Assembly (NCBI GenBank): GCA_037138355.1
Contig: JBAXIL010000039.1
Location: 1-16,612 of the forward strand
From: a bacterium
Lineage (GTDB): Bacteria; Oederibacteriota; PGYV01; Palsa-1178
Length of the DNA stretch: 16,612 bases
Direction of reading: 5' to 3'
The position numbers were made by a program, and so were the translations under genes. Under the pieces are notes generated by a model. It searched no databases and was not told the origin of the DNA. It was given only the letters and a program-made list of their open reading frames with translations. This document shows positions 6,671 through 15,466 of the stretch, piece by piece (position 1 is the first letter of the stretch; each line of letters starts with the position of its first letter).

Positions 6671-6730
6671 GATTCCTCCCAATAGGATTATCAAATTAAA
6701 GATAAGATAAAATTGCTTATATTAAATACC

Positions 6731-7777
6731 TTATTCTATGAAACCAGACCCGATTACTACATTTCCCTTGTAAATAACTGCCAATTGACCTGGCGTTACG
6801 GCAAATTGCGGCTCTTTAAATGTTATTTCTGCCTTATTTCCTGTCTGTTTTATATGGGCAAGAGCCTTTTTTTGTTTATACCTTACTTTTACTTTAGCAT
6901 TATATTCATTCTTTTTCTGCTTAACCAGCATATTTAGCGATGTTACCTTAAACTTTTGTTCAAATACTTCCTTTTTATCTCCAACTAATACTCTCTTATT
7001 TTCAGCATCTATTTTAACAACATATACTGGTTTACCTGCACTAATACCAAGTCCTTTGCGTTGACCTAAAGTATAATTAAAATATGCCGAATCTTTAATA
7101 TCTGATATTTTTTCACCATTACTTTTGTAAAAAGTACCTTTTTCTATCATAGAAATATCGGTGTTTCTTTTTATAAATTCATATGGGGTTTCATTTTTGT
7201 GCATAAAACATACTTCTTGACTCTCTGGTTTTTCTACATACACTCCAAGCTTTTTTGCTATTTTTACAATCTCGCTTTTCTTATATTCACCAAGCGGAAA
7301 GATTATACTCTTAAGTTCTTCAGCTTCAAGACGCGAAAGAAAATATTCTTGTGTTTTTGTTTTGTCTTTGGCTTCTTTGAGAAAGAAGTTCTTATCTTTA
7401 TTTATTATACTTGCATAATGACCTGTGGCCACATAATCAAAATTATTTTCTTTCATTTTTTTTATTAGTGCCTTAAACTTAATTTCCTCATTACATATTA
7501 CACAAGGATTAGGCGTCTTTCCATTTATATAACTTTTAATAAAATAGTCAACTACACTTTTTTTAAAGTCAGCTTTCATATTTAAAACATAATGTTTTAT
7601 TCCAATTTTATAACAAGTTTGTTTAGCGTCCTGAATGTCCTCCAGATTACAACAGCGGGAGGCTTCGTCCCAGAGTTTCAATGTTACTCCTACTACTTCA
7701 TGCCCTTTCTGTTTTAGCAAGGCGGCCGCTACAGTAGAATCCACTCCTCCGCTCATGCCCACAAATATTTTTGCCAT
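6731..7777 (-). CDS. mnmA: tRNA 2-thiouridine(34) synthase MnmA
   Basis: GMSGGVDS PP-loop, TPNPCVICN, ATGHYA, ESQEVCF, YTLGQRKGLG and AVTPGQ. Confidence 0.97.
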   Translation of the reverse strand: MAKIFVGMSGGVDSTVAAALLKQKGHEVVGVTLKLWDEASRCCNLEDIQDAKQTCYKIGIKHYVLNMKADFKKSVVDYFIKSYINGKTPNPCVICNEEIKFKALIKKMKENNFDYVATGHYASIINKDKNFFLKEAKDKTKTQEYFLSRLEAEELKSIIFPLGEYKKSEIVKIAKKLGVYVEKPESQEVCFMHKNETPYEFIKRNTDISMIEKGTFYKSNGEKISDIKDSAYFNYTLGQRKGLGISAGKPVYVVKIDAENKRVLVGDKKEVFEQKFKVTSLNMLVKQKKNEYNAKVKVRYKQKKALAHIKQTGNKAEITFKEPQFAVTPGQLAVIYKGNVVIGSGFIE

Positions 7778-7781
7778 TCAA

Positions 7782-8231
7782 TTAGCCTTTTTCTTCCTCT
7801 GTATCATGATCGTGCGCGTGTTCTTTCTCATCTTCTTCTTTTTCAGGCAGTGGCGCTAAACCTTGTTTTCTACGATTGTAATCCTCGATGGCTCTTTTTA
7901 TACCGTCTTCAGCTAATACTGAACAATGAAGTTTTTCAGGAGGAAGTCCGTCTAATAATTCCACTATTCTTTTATTGGTTATTTCAAGTGCTTCTGCTGG
8001 TGTTTTACCCATGACCAAATCAGTGGCAAGCGAAGAGGTGGCAATTGCTGCCACGCAACCAAAAGTCTCAAACTTACAATCAGAAATAATACCATTTTCA
8101 ACTTTTATGTAAATCCACATAACATCACCACATTTAGCATTTCCTACTTTACCTATACCGTCTGCATTTTCTATCCTACCCATGTTCTTTGTATTTTTAA
8201 ACCTTTCCATTACCTTATCAGAATATTTCAT
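7782..8231 (-). CDS. iscU: Fe-S cluster assembly scaffold IscU/NifU (N-terminal type)
   Basis: GNAKCGDVM, FETFGCVAAIA and LPPEKLHCSVLA (three conserved Cys). Confidence 0.95.
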   Translation of the reverse strand: MKYSDKVMERFKNTKNMGRIENADGIGKVGNAKCGDVMWIYIKVENGIISDCKFETFGCVAAIATSSLATDLVMGKTPAEALEITNKRIVELLDGLPPEKLHCSVLAEDGIKRAIEDYNRRKQGLAPLPEKEEDEKEHAHDHDTEEEKG

Positions 8232-8243
8232 AACTCTCTCCTT

Positions 8244-9152
8244 TTACAAAGCCACCATTTTCTCAATAGGCTTTATAGCATTTTTTATTATATTATCATC
8301 TAACAATATTTCTGGTGTTTCGGTTTCTAATGCCTTGAGTACATCTTCCAATCTGGTTTTTTTCATATTTACACAAATTTTTGCACTACCGAGAGAGAAA
8401 AACTGCGCATCAGGCCTCTCTTTTTTTAACCTATGTAAATGACCCTCTTCTGTGCCTATGATAAACTTTGTATCTTTACTTTCCTTTATATACTTAATCA
8501 TTCCAGCAGTTGAAGCTACCTCATCAGCCAAATCTACTACTTCTGGTGGACATTCTGGGTGAACAATTATTTTCACTCCAGGATGTGCTTCCCTTGACTT
8601 TATTATGTCTTCTTTTTTAAACATTTGATGAACAATGCATGCTCCTTGATGTATTATTATTTCTTTCTCAGGAACATTTTTTTGAACCCAATAACCAAGA
8701 TTTTTATCAGGCAAAAACACCACTCTTTTTGAAGGCAACTTTCTGACTATATCAATTGCATTTGCAGAAGTCACACAGACATCCAAAAGAACTTTTACAT
8801 CAGCATTAGTATTTACATAACCTGCTATCATAGCATCTGGATACTTAATTCTGTATTCTTTCACCTGCTCCGCTGTCACACAATCCGCGAGAGGACAACC
8901 AGCATCCATTCTCGGTATAACTACTTTCTTATTTGGGGACAGTATTTTAGCTGTCTCTGCCATGAATCTTACTCCACAAAAAATAATAAGGCTTTCTTTT
9001 GCCGCTGCTGTTTTTCTGGCAAGCTCAAGCGAGTCGCCCGAAAAATCAGCCAAATCCTGAATTTCAGGAATTTGATAATTATGTGCTACAATCACAGCAT
9101 TTTTTTGTAATTTTAATTCTTTAATTCTTTTAATCATACTTTCTTTATCCAT
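8244..9152 (-). CDS. nadA: quinolinate synthase NadA ([4Fe-4S] enzyme)
   Basis: AHNYQ, GDSLELA, FCGVRFMAETAKIL, AGCPLAD, YVNT, CIVH, HPEC and CVNMK. Confidence 0.97.
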   Translation of the reverse strand: MDKESMIKRIKELKLQKNAVIVAHNYQIPEIQDLADFSGDSLELARKTAAAKESLIIFCGVRFMAETAKILSPNKKVVIPRMDAGCPLADCVTAEQVKEYRIKYPDAMIAGYVNTNADVKVLLDVCVTSANAIDIVRKLPSKRVVFLPDKNLGYWVQKNVPEKEIIIHQGACIVHQMFKKEDIIKSREAHPGVKIIVHPECPPEVVDLADEVASTAGMIKYIKESKDTKFIIGTEEGHLHRLKKERPDAQFFSLGSAKICVNMKKTRLEDVLKALETETPEILLDDNIIKNAIKPIEKMVAL

Positions 9153-9175
9153 TTTAATCGCTCCTTAAAATAGTA

Positions 9176-10354
9176 TTATTTGTTTTTTTCTTTCCAAAAC
9201 GGGGACATGCTTCTCAATTTTACAACAGCTGCAGGTAAAATCTCAAGTACTTTATTAACATCTTCATCCGTTGAATATTTAGAAAATGAGAACCTAATTG
9301 AACCATGAGCCGTGCCGTGATCCAAGCCAATAGCAAGCAAAACATGCGATGGATCAAGAGAGCCAGAAGTACAAGCCGAACCAGAAGAAGCACAAATACC
9401 TTCAAAATCCATATGTATTAACATGCCCTCTCCTTCAATATATTTAATACTTACATTTGAAGTGTTGTCCATTCTTTTATCAGGATGACCGTTCATTATG
9501 ACTTCCGGTATTTTTTCCATAATACTTTTTTCAAGTCTATCTCTTAGTGCCTTAATCCTCACCATATCACTTAAATCATTTAAATGTTCAGCTGCTATTT
9601 CACACGCTTTTGCTATCCCAATAATACCAGAAACATTTTCTGTTCCTGCTCTTTTATTATTTTCGTGATGTCCACCCTGCGACAAAGAATGTATTTTAAC
9701 TCCTCTTTTCAAGTAAAAAACTCCTACACCTTTTGGTCCATGAAATTTGTGCCCTGACAAAGACATCATATCCACATTAAGCTTTTTTACATCCAGTTTT
9801 ATTTTTCCTGCAGCTTGTACAGCATCAGTATGAAAATATACACTATGTTCTTTGGCAATTTTTCCAATCTCTTCTATAGGTTGTATGGTGCCTATTTCAT
9901 TATTTGCTAACATTATAGAAATTAGAACCGTGTCTTTTCTTATAACTTTTTTTAATTCTTCCATATCAATTATTCCATATTTATCAACACTCAGATATGT
10001 GACTTCCCAACCATTTTTTTCAAGATATTTACATGTATTAAGTATCGCATGATGCTCTATTTTACTCGTTATTATGTGCTTTCCCTTGTCAACATTAGCG
10101 TAGGCAATTCCTTTAATTGCCATGTTGTCAGATTCAGTTCCTCCACTTGTAAAAATAATTTCCTTAGGATCGGCATTTATAAACTTAGCAACTGTTGCTC
10201 TGGCATTTTCTACATCACGCCTTGCATCCTGTGCAGGAGAATAAACTCCAGAAGGATTAAAATAATTTTCAGAGAAATACGGGAGCATGGCTTTAAGTAC
10301 TTCAGGATCAGTTTTTGTTGTAGCGTTATTGTCTAAATAATATACTCTATCCAT
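9176..10354 (-). CDS. iscS: cysteine desulfurase IscS/NifS (group I)
   Basis: YLDNNATT, FTSGGTESDN, HTDAVQ, SGHKFHGPKG (PLP Lys), RAGTEN and SSGSACTSGSLDPSHVL. Confidence 0.97.
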   Translation of the reverse strand: MDRVYYLDNNATTKTDPEVLKAMLPYFSENYFNPSGVYSPAQDARRDVENARATVAKFINADPKEIIFTSGGTESDNMAIKGIAYANVDKGKHIITSKIEHHAILNTCKYLEKNGWEVTYLSVDKYGIIDMEELKKVIRKDTVLISIMLANNEIGTIQPIEEIGKIAKEHSVYFHTDAVQAAGKIKLDVKKLNVDMMSLSGHKFHGPKGVGVFYLKRGVKIHSLSQGGHHENNKRAGTENVSGIIGIAKACEIAAEHLNDLSDMVRIKALRDRLEKSIMEKIPEVIMNGHPDKRMDNTSNVSIKYIEGEGMLIHMDFEGICASSGSACTSGSLDPSHVLLAIGLDHGTAHGSIRFSFSKYSTDEDVNKVLEILPAAVVKLRSMSPFWKEKNK

Positions 10355-10365
10355 AAGTCTTCTCC

Positions 10366-10803
10366 TTAATTTTCATTTTTATTCATAAAAGTATGTGTAC
10401 CTGTTACTTCACTAAGCGTTGTATTTTTTAAATATGTGCTAACAAGCTTGTCGAGTTTTACCCAGACTTTTCTAATCCCACATTTTGGAGCATTGCCACA
10501 AAAATCAAAATCAGCAGCACATTTTGTTGGGGCAGTACCTTTTTCCACTGCTTGTAATATATCAAATACCGTTATCTTTTCTGGCGAAACAGCAAGCATA
10601 AAACCACCTTTTTCACCTTTTAGACTTTTCACCAAATTAGCTTTTCTCATAGAAACAAAAATATTTTCTAAATACCTATTTGAAATTTCTTCTTTTAATG
10701 ATATGTTCTTAATAGAAACAGGGGCATTATTTTTTTTATCATAAGATATTGCTAAGTGAGTTAAAGCCCTCAAAGCATATCTTCCTTTTGTCGAAACATT
10801 CAT
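10366..10803 (-). CDS. Rrf2 family transcriptional regulator (IscR-like, three Cys)
   Basis: STKGRYALRAL, RYLENIF, LVKSLKGEKGGFML and C-x6-C-x5-C. Start placed at the ATG at 10803, after GAGGTG. Confidence 0.93.
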   Translation of the reverse strand: MNVSTKGRYALRALTHLAISYDKKNNAPVSIKNISLKEEISNRYLENIFVSMRKANLVKSLKGEKGGFMLAVSPEKITVFDILQAVEKGTAPTKCAADFDFCGNAPKCGIRKVWVKLDKLVSTYLKNTTLSEVTGTHTFMNKNEN

Positions 10804-10832
10804 TTCACACCTCATTTAGCATATTTTTTAGT

Positions 10833-10853
10833 ATATCACCTACTGAGTGATAT
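10833..10853. promoter_or_regulatory. putative Rrf2 autoregulatory operator
   Basis: ATATCAC-CTACTGA-GTGATAT (the arms extend to TATATCAC/GTGATAT), overlapping -10/+1 of the rrf2 promoter. Confidence 0.78.
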
Positions 10854-10880
10854 TATACCAATTAATATTATCCTTGTCAA
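10852..10880 (-). promoter_or_regulatory. sigma-70 promoter of the rrf2-iscS operon
   Basis: Minus strand TTGACA (10875-10880) - 17 bp - TATAAT (10852-10857) with extended -10 TG. Confidence 0.85.
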
Positions 10881-10885
10881 GTATG

Positions 10886-10914
10886 TTGAATTATATTAAC
10901 AAAAATGATATATT
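10886..10914 (+). promoter_or_regulatory. divergent promoter for the SH3 lipoprotein gene
   Basis: TTGAAT (10886-10891) - 17 bp - TATATT (10909-10914) with TG extension, back to back with the rrf2 promoter. Confidence 0.5.
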
Positions 10915-10943
10915 TAATCATTAACATAATTACGAGGTGAACT

Positions 10944-11237
10944 ATGAAACATATTATTACCATGTGTTTATTTTCATTGCTTATTACTTCCTGTATTTCA
11001 ACTGGTCCTTTTAAACAGGACTTTGCAACAAGTCGAGCTGTAGTTCATACTATCGATGGTACTCCCTTCATTAATATATACCGCCAGGTTGATTTAAATA
11101 CGAACTCTATTATAGGAACGCTTAAACCTGGAGACAGCATTTTAATTATTAAAAAGACATCCACAGCGGCACTTGTTAAACTAACTACTGGTAGCACAGG
11201 TTGGATTGATATAAAGGCGCTTAATAATAATGAATAA
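10944..11237 (+). CDS. small lipoprotein with bacterial SH3-like domain
   Basis: Signal peptide ending in a lipobox-like LITSC; INIYR...IIGTLKPGDSILII...VKLTTGSTGWI is an SH3b-like pattern; GAGGTG RBS. Confidence 0.75.
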   Translation: MKHIITMCLFSLLITSCISTGPFKQDFATSRAVVHTIDGTPFINIYRQVDLNTNSIIGTLKPGDSILIIKKTSTAALVKLTTGSTGWIDIKALNNNE

Positions 11238-11460
11238 CTCTTTAAACAAGACAAATTGAGTCCACGCTAATACATATGTGATATTAATCATGCCTTTCAT
11301 GACAAACTTCATATTTTTCAATAAAATAAGCCTTTTTGTTCCGTATTATGACACCTTTTTGTAAATAGTTCTTTTATCACCTGTCCTTTTATGATAAAAT
11401 AATCTAATATTTTATCCATACTGGATATTATTTAATACAGACACTTATAGGAGGATTTAA

Positions 11461-14022
11461 ATGAAATTTAGGGAAATTAATGTAGTACCCAATTTACCAG
11501 AGAAACTGAAGCCTTTGCTTGATCTGGCAAATAACATTTGGTGGGCTTGGGACGCAGAAGCTTTCGGGCTTTTCCGTGATGTAGACCCTGATGCTTGGTC
11601 AATGAGCGCACATAACCCTGTTAAAATGTTATATACTGTTTCACAAGAAAGACTAAATCAGGTTGCAGCAGATGAGGGTTTCCTTTTTAGAATAGAAACA
11701 GTATCAAAACGCCGCAGTCAATATATGTCAAGACCATCTTGGTATGATAAAGTAAAAAATAATATGCCAGATAATTTTCTTATTGCATACTTTTCTGCCG
11801 AATACGGACTTGCCGAATGTTTGCCTGTATATTCTGGTGGTTTAGGAGTTCTGTCTGGAGATCATTTAAAATCAGCTTCTGATTTAGGTCTTCCCTTCAT
11901 AGCAGTCGGACTTTTATACGGCCGTGGCTACTTTCATCAATATCTTACTAATGAAGGTTGGCAACAAGAGCGCTATGTAAATCACGATTATCACATAGCC
12001 CCTATTTCAATTGTAAAAGATAAAAGCGATAAGCCTTTGCTTTTATCAGTAAAAATGCCACACGCAGATATCAAGTTTCATGTTTGGCAAGTAAAGGTCG
12101 GACGCATTTCACTTTATCTCATGGATACTAATATAGATGAAAACTCACCAGCCGATAGAGAAATAACCGATCTACTCTATGGTGGCGACCACAACATGAG
12201 AATCAAACAGGAATATTTACTCGGTATCGGTGGCATGATTGCCTTAACCGCCATGGGTTTAAATCCTACGGTAACACATATGAATGAGGGTCATTCTGCT
12301 TTTTTAGCACTCGAGCGTTCCAGAATGTTCATGCAAAATTTTGGTATGTCTTTTGCCGAAGCGCGCGAAGCTGTTGCTGGCTCTTCTATGTTTACCACAC
12401 ACACTCCAGTTCCAGCAGGCAATGATCGTTTTGAATACAGCGTCATGGAAAAATATTTCAAAGAATATGTAGAAAATAATCTTAAAATACCTTTTAATGA
12501 TTTTTATAGAATGGGACGCGTAAATCCTGATGATGAAAACGAAATATTTTGTGTCACCGTCCTTGCTCTAAAAATGTCAGATTTTAATAATGGTGTTTCA
12601 AAACTCCACGGACATGTTTCGCGCGATATGTGGAAAGATATATGGAAAGGTGTGCCTTTAGAAGAAGTACCTATTGGACATATTACAAACGGAATACATA
12701 TGAACTCTTGGATTTCAAAAGAAATAGCAGACCTTTTTTCGAGATATCTCGGAACGCGTTGGATTGATGCCCCAGATGACCATGCCATATGGCAGAGAAT
12801 CGGTGAAATACCTGATACCGAACTGTGGAGCACACACGAACGCAGAAAAGAACGGCTTGTAGCTTTTGTAAGAAGAAAATTAAAGAAATCCATAAAAGAA
12901 CGCGGCGGTTCACAGGAAGAACTTGATAGAGCCAGTGAAGTACTTTCTCCAAAAGCTTTAACCATAGGTTTTGCTCGCAGATTTGCCACCTACAAACGCG
13001 GCACCCTTATTTTCAGAGAAATAGAACGCATAACAAAAATACTTTCAAACGCGCAAGCACCAGTTCAGATAATTTTTGCTGGAAAAGCGCATCCAAAAGA
13101 CAATGCTGGAAAAGAGTTCATAAAAGAAGTTTTCCGTATTGCTCAACAAAAAGATATGCGCAATAATATCGTATTTGTTGAAGATTATGACTTAAACAGC
13201 GCACATTATCTTGTTCAAGGTGTTGATGTATGGCTCAATAATCCTATCAGACCACTTGAAGCTTCTGGTACATCAGGTATGAAGGTAAACTTCAATGGAG
13301 GTTTAAACTGTTCTATAATCGACGGCTGGTGGGCAGAAAAATCTGATGATGACAATGGTTGGAACATAGGTCGCGGAGAAGAATACGAAGATGGTGAATA
13401 CAGAGACAGTGTAGAAGCCGCTCAGCTATATGACATACTTGAAAATGACATGATTCCACTTTATTACAAACGCGGCAAAGACGGAATTCCTCATGACTGG
13501 GTTATCAAAATGAAAACTTCTATGCAGACACTCTGTCCAGTCTTTAACACAAACAGAATGGTTATGGAATACTGCGAGAAGTTTTATAAACCAGGAGGCC
13601 TACAGTTCTATAATCTGTCTGCAAACAACTTCGCCAAAGCAAAAGCTCTTGCTAAATGGAAAGAAGAATTGCACAAGAACTGGAATGGAGTAAAAGTAAA
13701 TCAAATCACAGCCGAAACTAAAGGTGATATAAAAGTCGGTGCCACAATTAAAATACAGGCAATGATAGATGGGTCCTGGTTAAAACAGGAAGATCTTTTA
13801 GTTGAAATTTACTATGGTTATTCAAGAGGTAAAAAAGATCTTGAATCTACTGCCGCAGTTAAAATGGAATACAAAGGAAATAGAGATAAAGATTTTATTT
13901 ATGAAGGTTTAATAAACACTGAGGCATCAGGAACAGTAAGCTACACAGTAAGAGTGCTACCAAAGAACCCTGACTCAAATGTAAAGTTCCTGCCTGGCAT
14001 GATAAAGTGGAGCGAAGTTTAA
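11461..14022 (+). CDS. glgP: alpha-glucan (glycogen/maltodextrin) phosphorylase
   Basis: AYFSAEYGL, YSGGLGVLSGDHLKSASDLG, HMNEGH, GFARRFATYKR, AGKAHP and EASGTSGMK (PLP Lys); AGGAGG RBS. Confidence 0.97.
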   Translation: MKFREINVVPNLPEKLKPLLDLANNIWWAWDAEAFGLFRDVDPDAWSMSAHNPVKMLYTVSQERLNQVAADEGFLFRIETVSKRRSQYMSRPSWYDKVKNNMPDNFLIAYFSAEYGLAECLPVYSGGLGVLSGDHLKSASDLGLPFIAVGLLYGRGYFHQYLTNEGWQQERYVNHDYHIAPISIVKDKSDKPLLLSVKMPHADIKFHVWQVKVGRISLYLMDTNIDENSPADREITDLLYGGDHNMRIKQEYLLGIGGMIALTAMGLNPTVTHMNEGHSAFLALERSRMFMQNFGMSFAEAREAVAGSSMFTTHTPVPAGNDRFEYSVMEKYFKEYVENNLKIPFNDFYRMGRVNPDDENEIFCVTVLALKMSDFNNGVSKLHGHVSRDMWKDIWKGVPLEEVPIGHITNGIHMNSWISKEIADLFSRYLGTRWIDAPDDHAIWQRIGEIPDTELWSTHERRKERLVAFVRRKLKKSIKERGGSQEELDRASEVLSPKALTIGFARRFATYKRGTLIFREIERITKILSNAQAPVQIIFAGKAHPKDNAGKEFIKEVFRIAQQKDMRNNIVFVEDYDLNSAHYLVQGVDVWLNNPIRPLEASGTSGMKVNFNGGLNCSIIDGWWAEKSDDDNGWNIGRGEEYEDGEYRDSVEAAQLYDILENDMIPLYYKRGKDGIPHDWVIKMKTSMQTLCPVFNTNRMVMEYCEKFYKPGGLQFYNLSANNFAKAKALAKWKEELHKNWNGVKVNQITAETKGDIKVGATIKIQAMIDGSWLKQEDLLVEIYYGYSRGKKDLESTAAVKMEYKGNRDKDFIYEGLINTEASGTVSYTVRVLPKNPDSNVKFLPGMIKWSEV

Positions 14023-14110
14023 GATAAAACTCTATTAACTTTCAAATTCAAAGAGTGTGTGCTGCATATTGTATTTTTAAAACTATATTATTATATTTAA
14101 TAAATAATAT

Positions 14111-15442
14111 TTAGTCAGATATGCCCAAGCATTCCTCAGACATATCACTTTCAATCCCCTCTTTATTTACAGCAGTTACTTTGAAATAATAATCAGATCT
14201 CTCCTGTATTTTTTCAATTGTCATTTTATTTTCTTTCAGCAAAATAGTATTTAATTTTACAAACTCATTGCTTGGGGATTTTAAACAATAAACATTATAG
14301 CCTACGACAGAATCATCAAGCGATGCATTCCAATATAAAAATAAGCATTCATCATATTTATTTATTGAAAGGCCATTAACTTTATCCGGTTTCTTTGCGA
14401 TATATTTATGCACTGGCTTAATAGTTTCACGATATGACCACGGATAATTTATAGTTGGTAACGGTCTGCTATCACCAAATTTCACACTCAAGGAAATTCT
14501 GTGTGTATTGCCAAGCACATTATCAGGCATAAAAGCATAATCCACTGATCCAAACGATGACAAATCAACCCCAGCACCAATCGTAAATGATGAACGACTT
14601 GTTTCTCTTTCATGTCCAAACTTGTAACCAGCCCGCAAAGCAAATATTTTATATGCAACCAACTCAACACCTATTCCAGAGTTCCAAACATTATATGAGC
14701 TATTGGTTGTATCTAATGGTTTAATGAGATCAGCAGCAAGCAAGATTGAAATATCCTTTATTTCTGCTATATTATAACTCATTCCCATATTTACCGATAA
14801 TGGAGACTGATCTCCCTTTGTAGCTGAGCCTATTCCTTTGACAACTAAACCAAGTTTTAAATCATCTGTTATATTAGCCATAAAACCAATGTCAACAAGC
14901 ATTGTAGAATCTAAATCCACTCCCATAATAGCTCTTTTTATTAATGATAAATTTACTCCTAATGATATATTGCTGATGGTGAAATCTTTAGCGCAGATAT
15001 CTCCAAGAAGTCTTGCATATGAGCCAGTTATAGCAAGATCATAAGAAGCTGGTACCTCTCCAAGACCAGAAAAGAATCCACTACTATTTTTTGTAGAATC
15101 AAACGCTGGTACTCCTAAATAATATATACTTAATCCCAATGTATTCTCTGCATTCATTGGAATAACTGCAGACGCGGTTGTATAATAAGTGTCAGCAAAC
15201 CAAATCAAATACATCAAAGATACAGTCATGTGGTCAACTGCAGTTAAACCAGCTGGATTCCAAAATGCTCCATTTGCGTCGTCCGCTACCCCTGTGTATG
15301 CCTCTCCCATTGCCGACGGTCTACCACCAACTCCAATTTTTAAGAAATCAGCATTAGAGGTACCACCGCCCAGTGCAAAAATATTCACCGAGGATATTAT
15401 AAAAACTATCACTATAGAAACTCTTCTAATAAATGTTTTCAT
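14111..15442 (-). CDS. PorV/PorQ (UPF0164) family outer-membrane beta-barrel with C-terminal fibronectin type III-like domain
   Basis: Signal peptide, then FLKIGVGGRPSAMGEAYTGVADDANGAFWNPAGL; barrel ends at LGNTHRISLSVKFG; followed by LYWNAS...VGYNVY...YYFKVTAVNKEGIES (FN3 pattern). Confidence 0.85.
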   Translation of the reverse strand: MKTFIRRVSIVIVFIISSVNIFALGGGTSNADFLKIGVGGRPSAMGEAYTGVADDANGAFWNPAGLTAVDHMTVSLMYLIWFADTYYTTASAVIPMNAENTLGLSIYYLGVPAFDSTKNSSGFFSGLGEVPASYDLAITGSYARLLGDICAKDFTISNISLGVNLSLIKRAIMGVDLDSTMLVDIGFMANITDDLKLGLVVKGIGSATKGDQSPLSVNMGMSYNIAEIKDISILLAADLIKPLDTTNSSYNVWNSGIGVELVAYKIFALRAGYKFGHERETSRSSFTIGAGVDLSSFGSVDYAFMPDNVLGNTHRISLSVKFGDSRPLPTINYPWSYRETIKPVHKYIAKKPDKVNGLSINKYDECLFLYWNASLDDSVVGYNVYCLKSPSNEFVKLNTILLKENKMTIEKIQERSDYYFKVTAVNKEGIESDMSEECLGISD

Positions 15443-15466
15443 ATTTCTCCTTTGCTAAATATTTTT

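Noticed and set aside
6671..6694. Upstream start of the DUF296 ORF given in the track; likewise 10815 for rrf2
   Set aside because: The extensions encode the SD sequences themselves (GGGAGG, GAGGTG); the downstream ATGs at 6670 and 10803 fit better.
11277..11312. Two TGA-N6-TCA (Crp/Fnr-like) boxes upstream of glgP
   Set aside because: Only partial matches in AT-rich DNA, with no supporting regulator in the window.
12504..12989. Antisense ORFs within glgP, and similar ones opposite the 4Fe-4S gene, mnmA, iscS, rrf2 and porV
   Set aside because: They lie opposite well-supported genes and lack motifs; expected codon-bias shadows.
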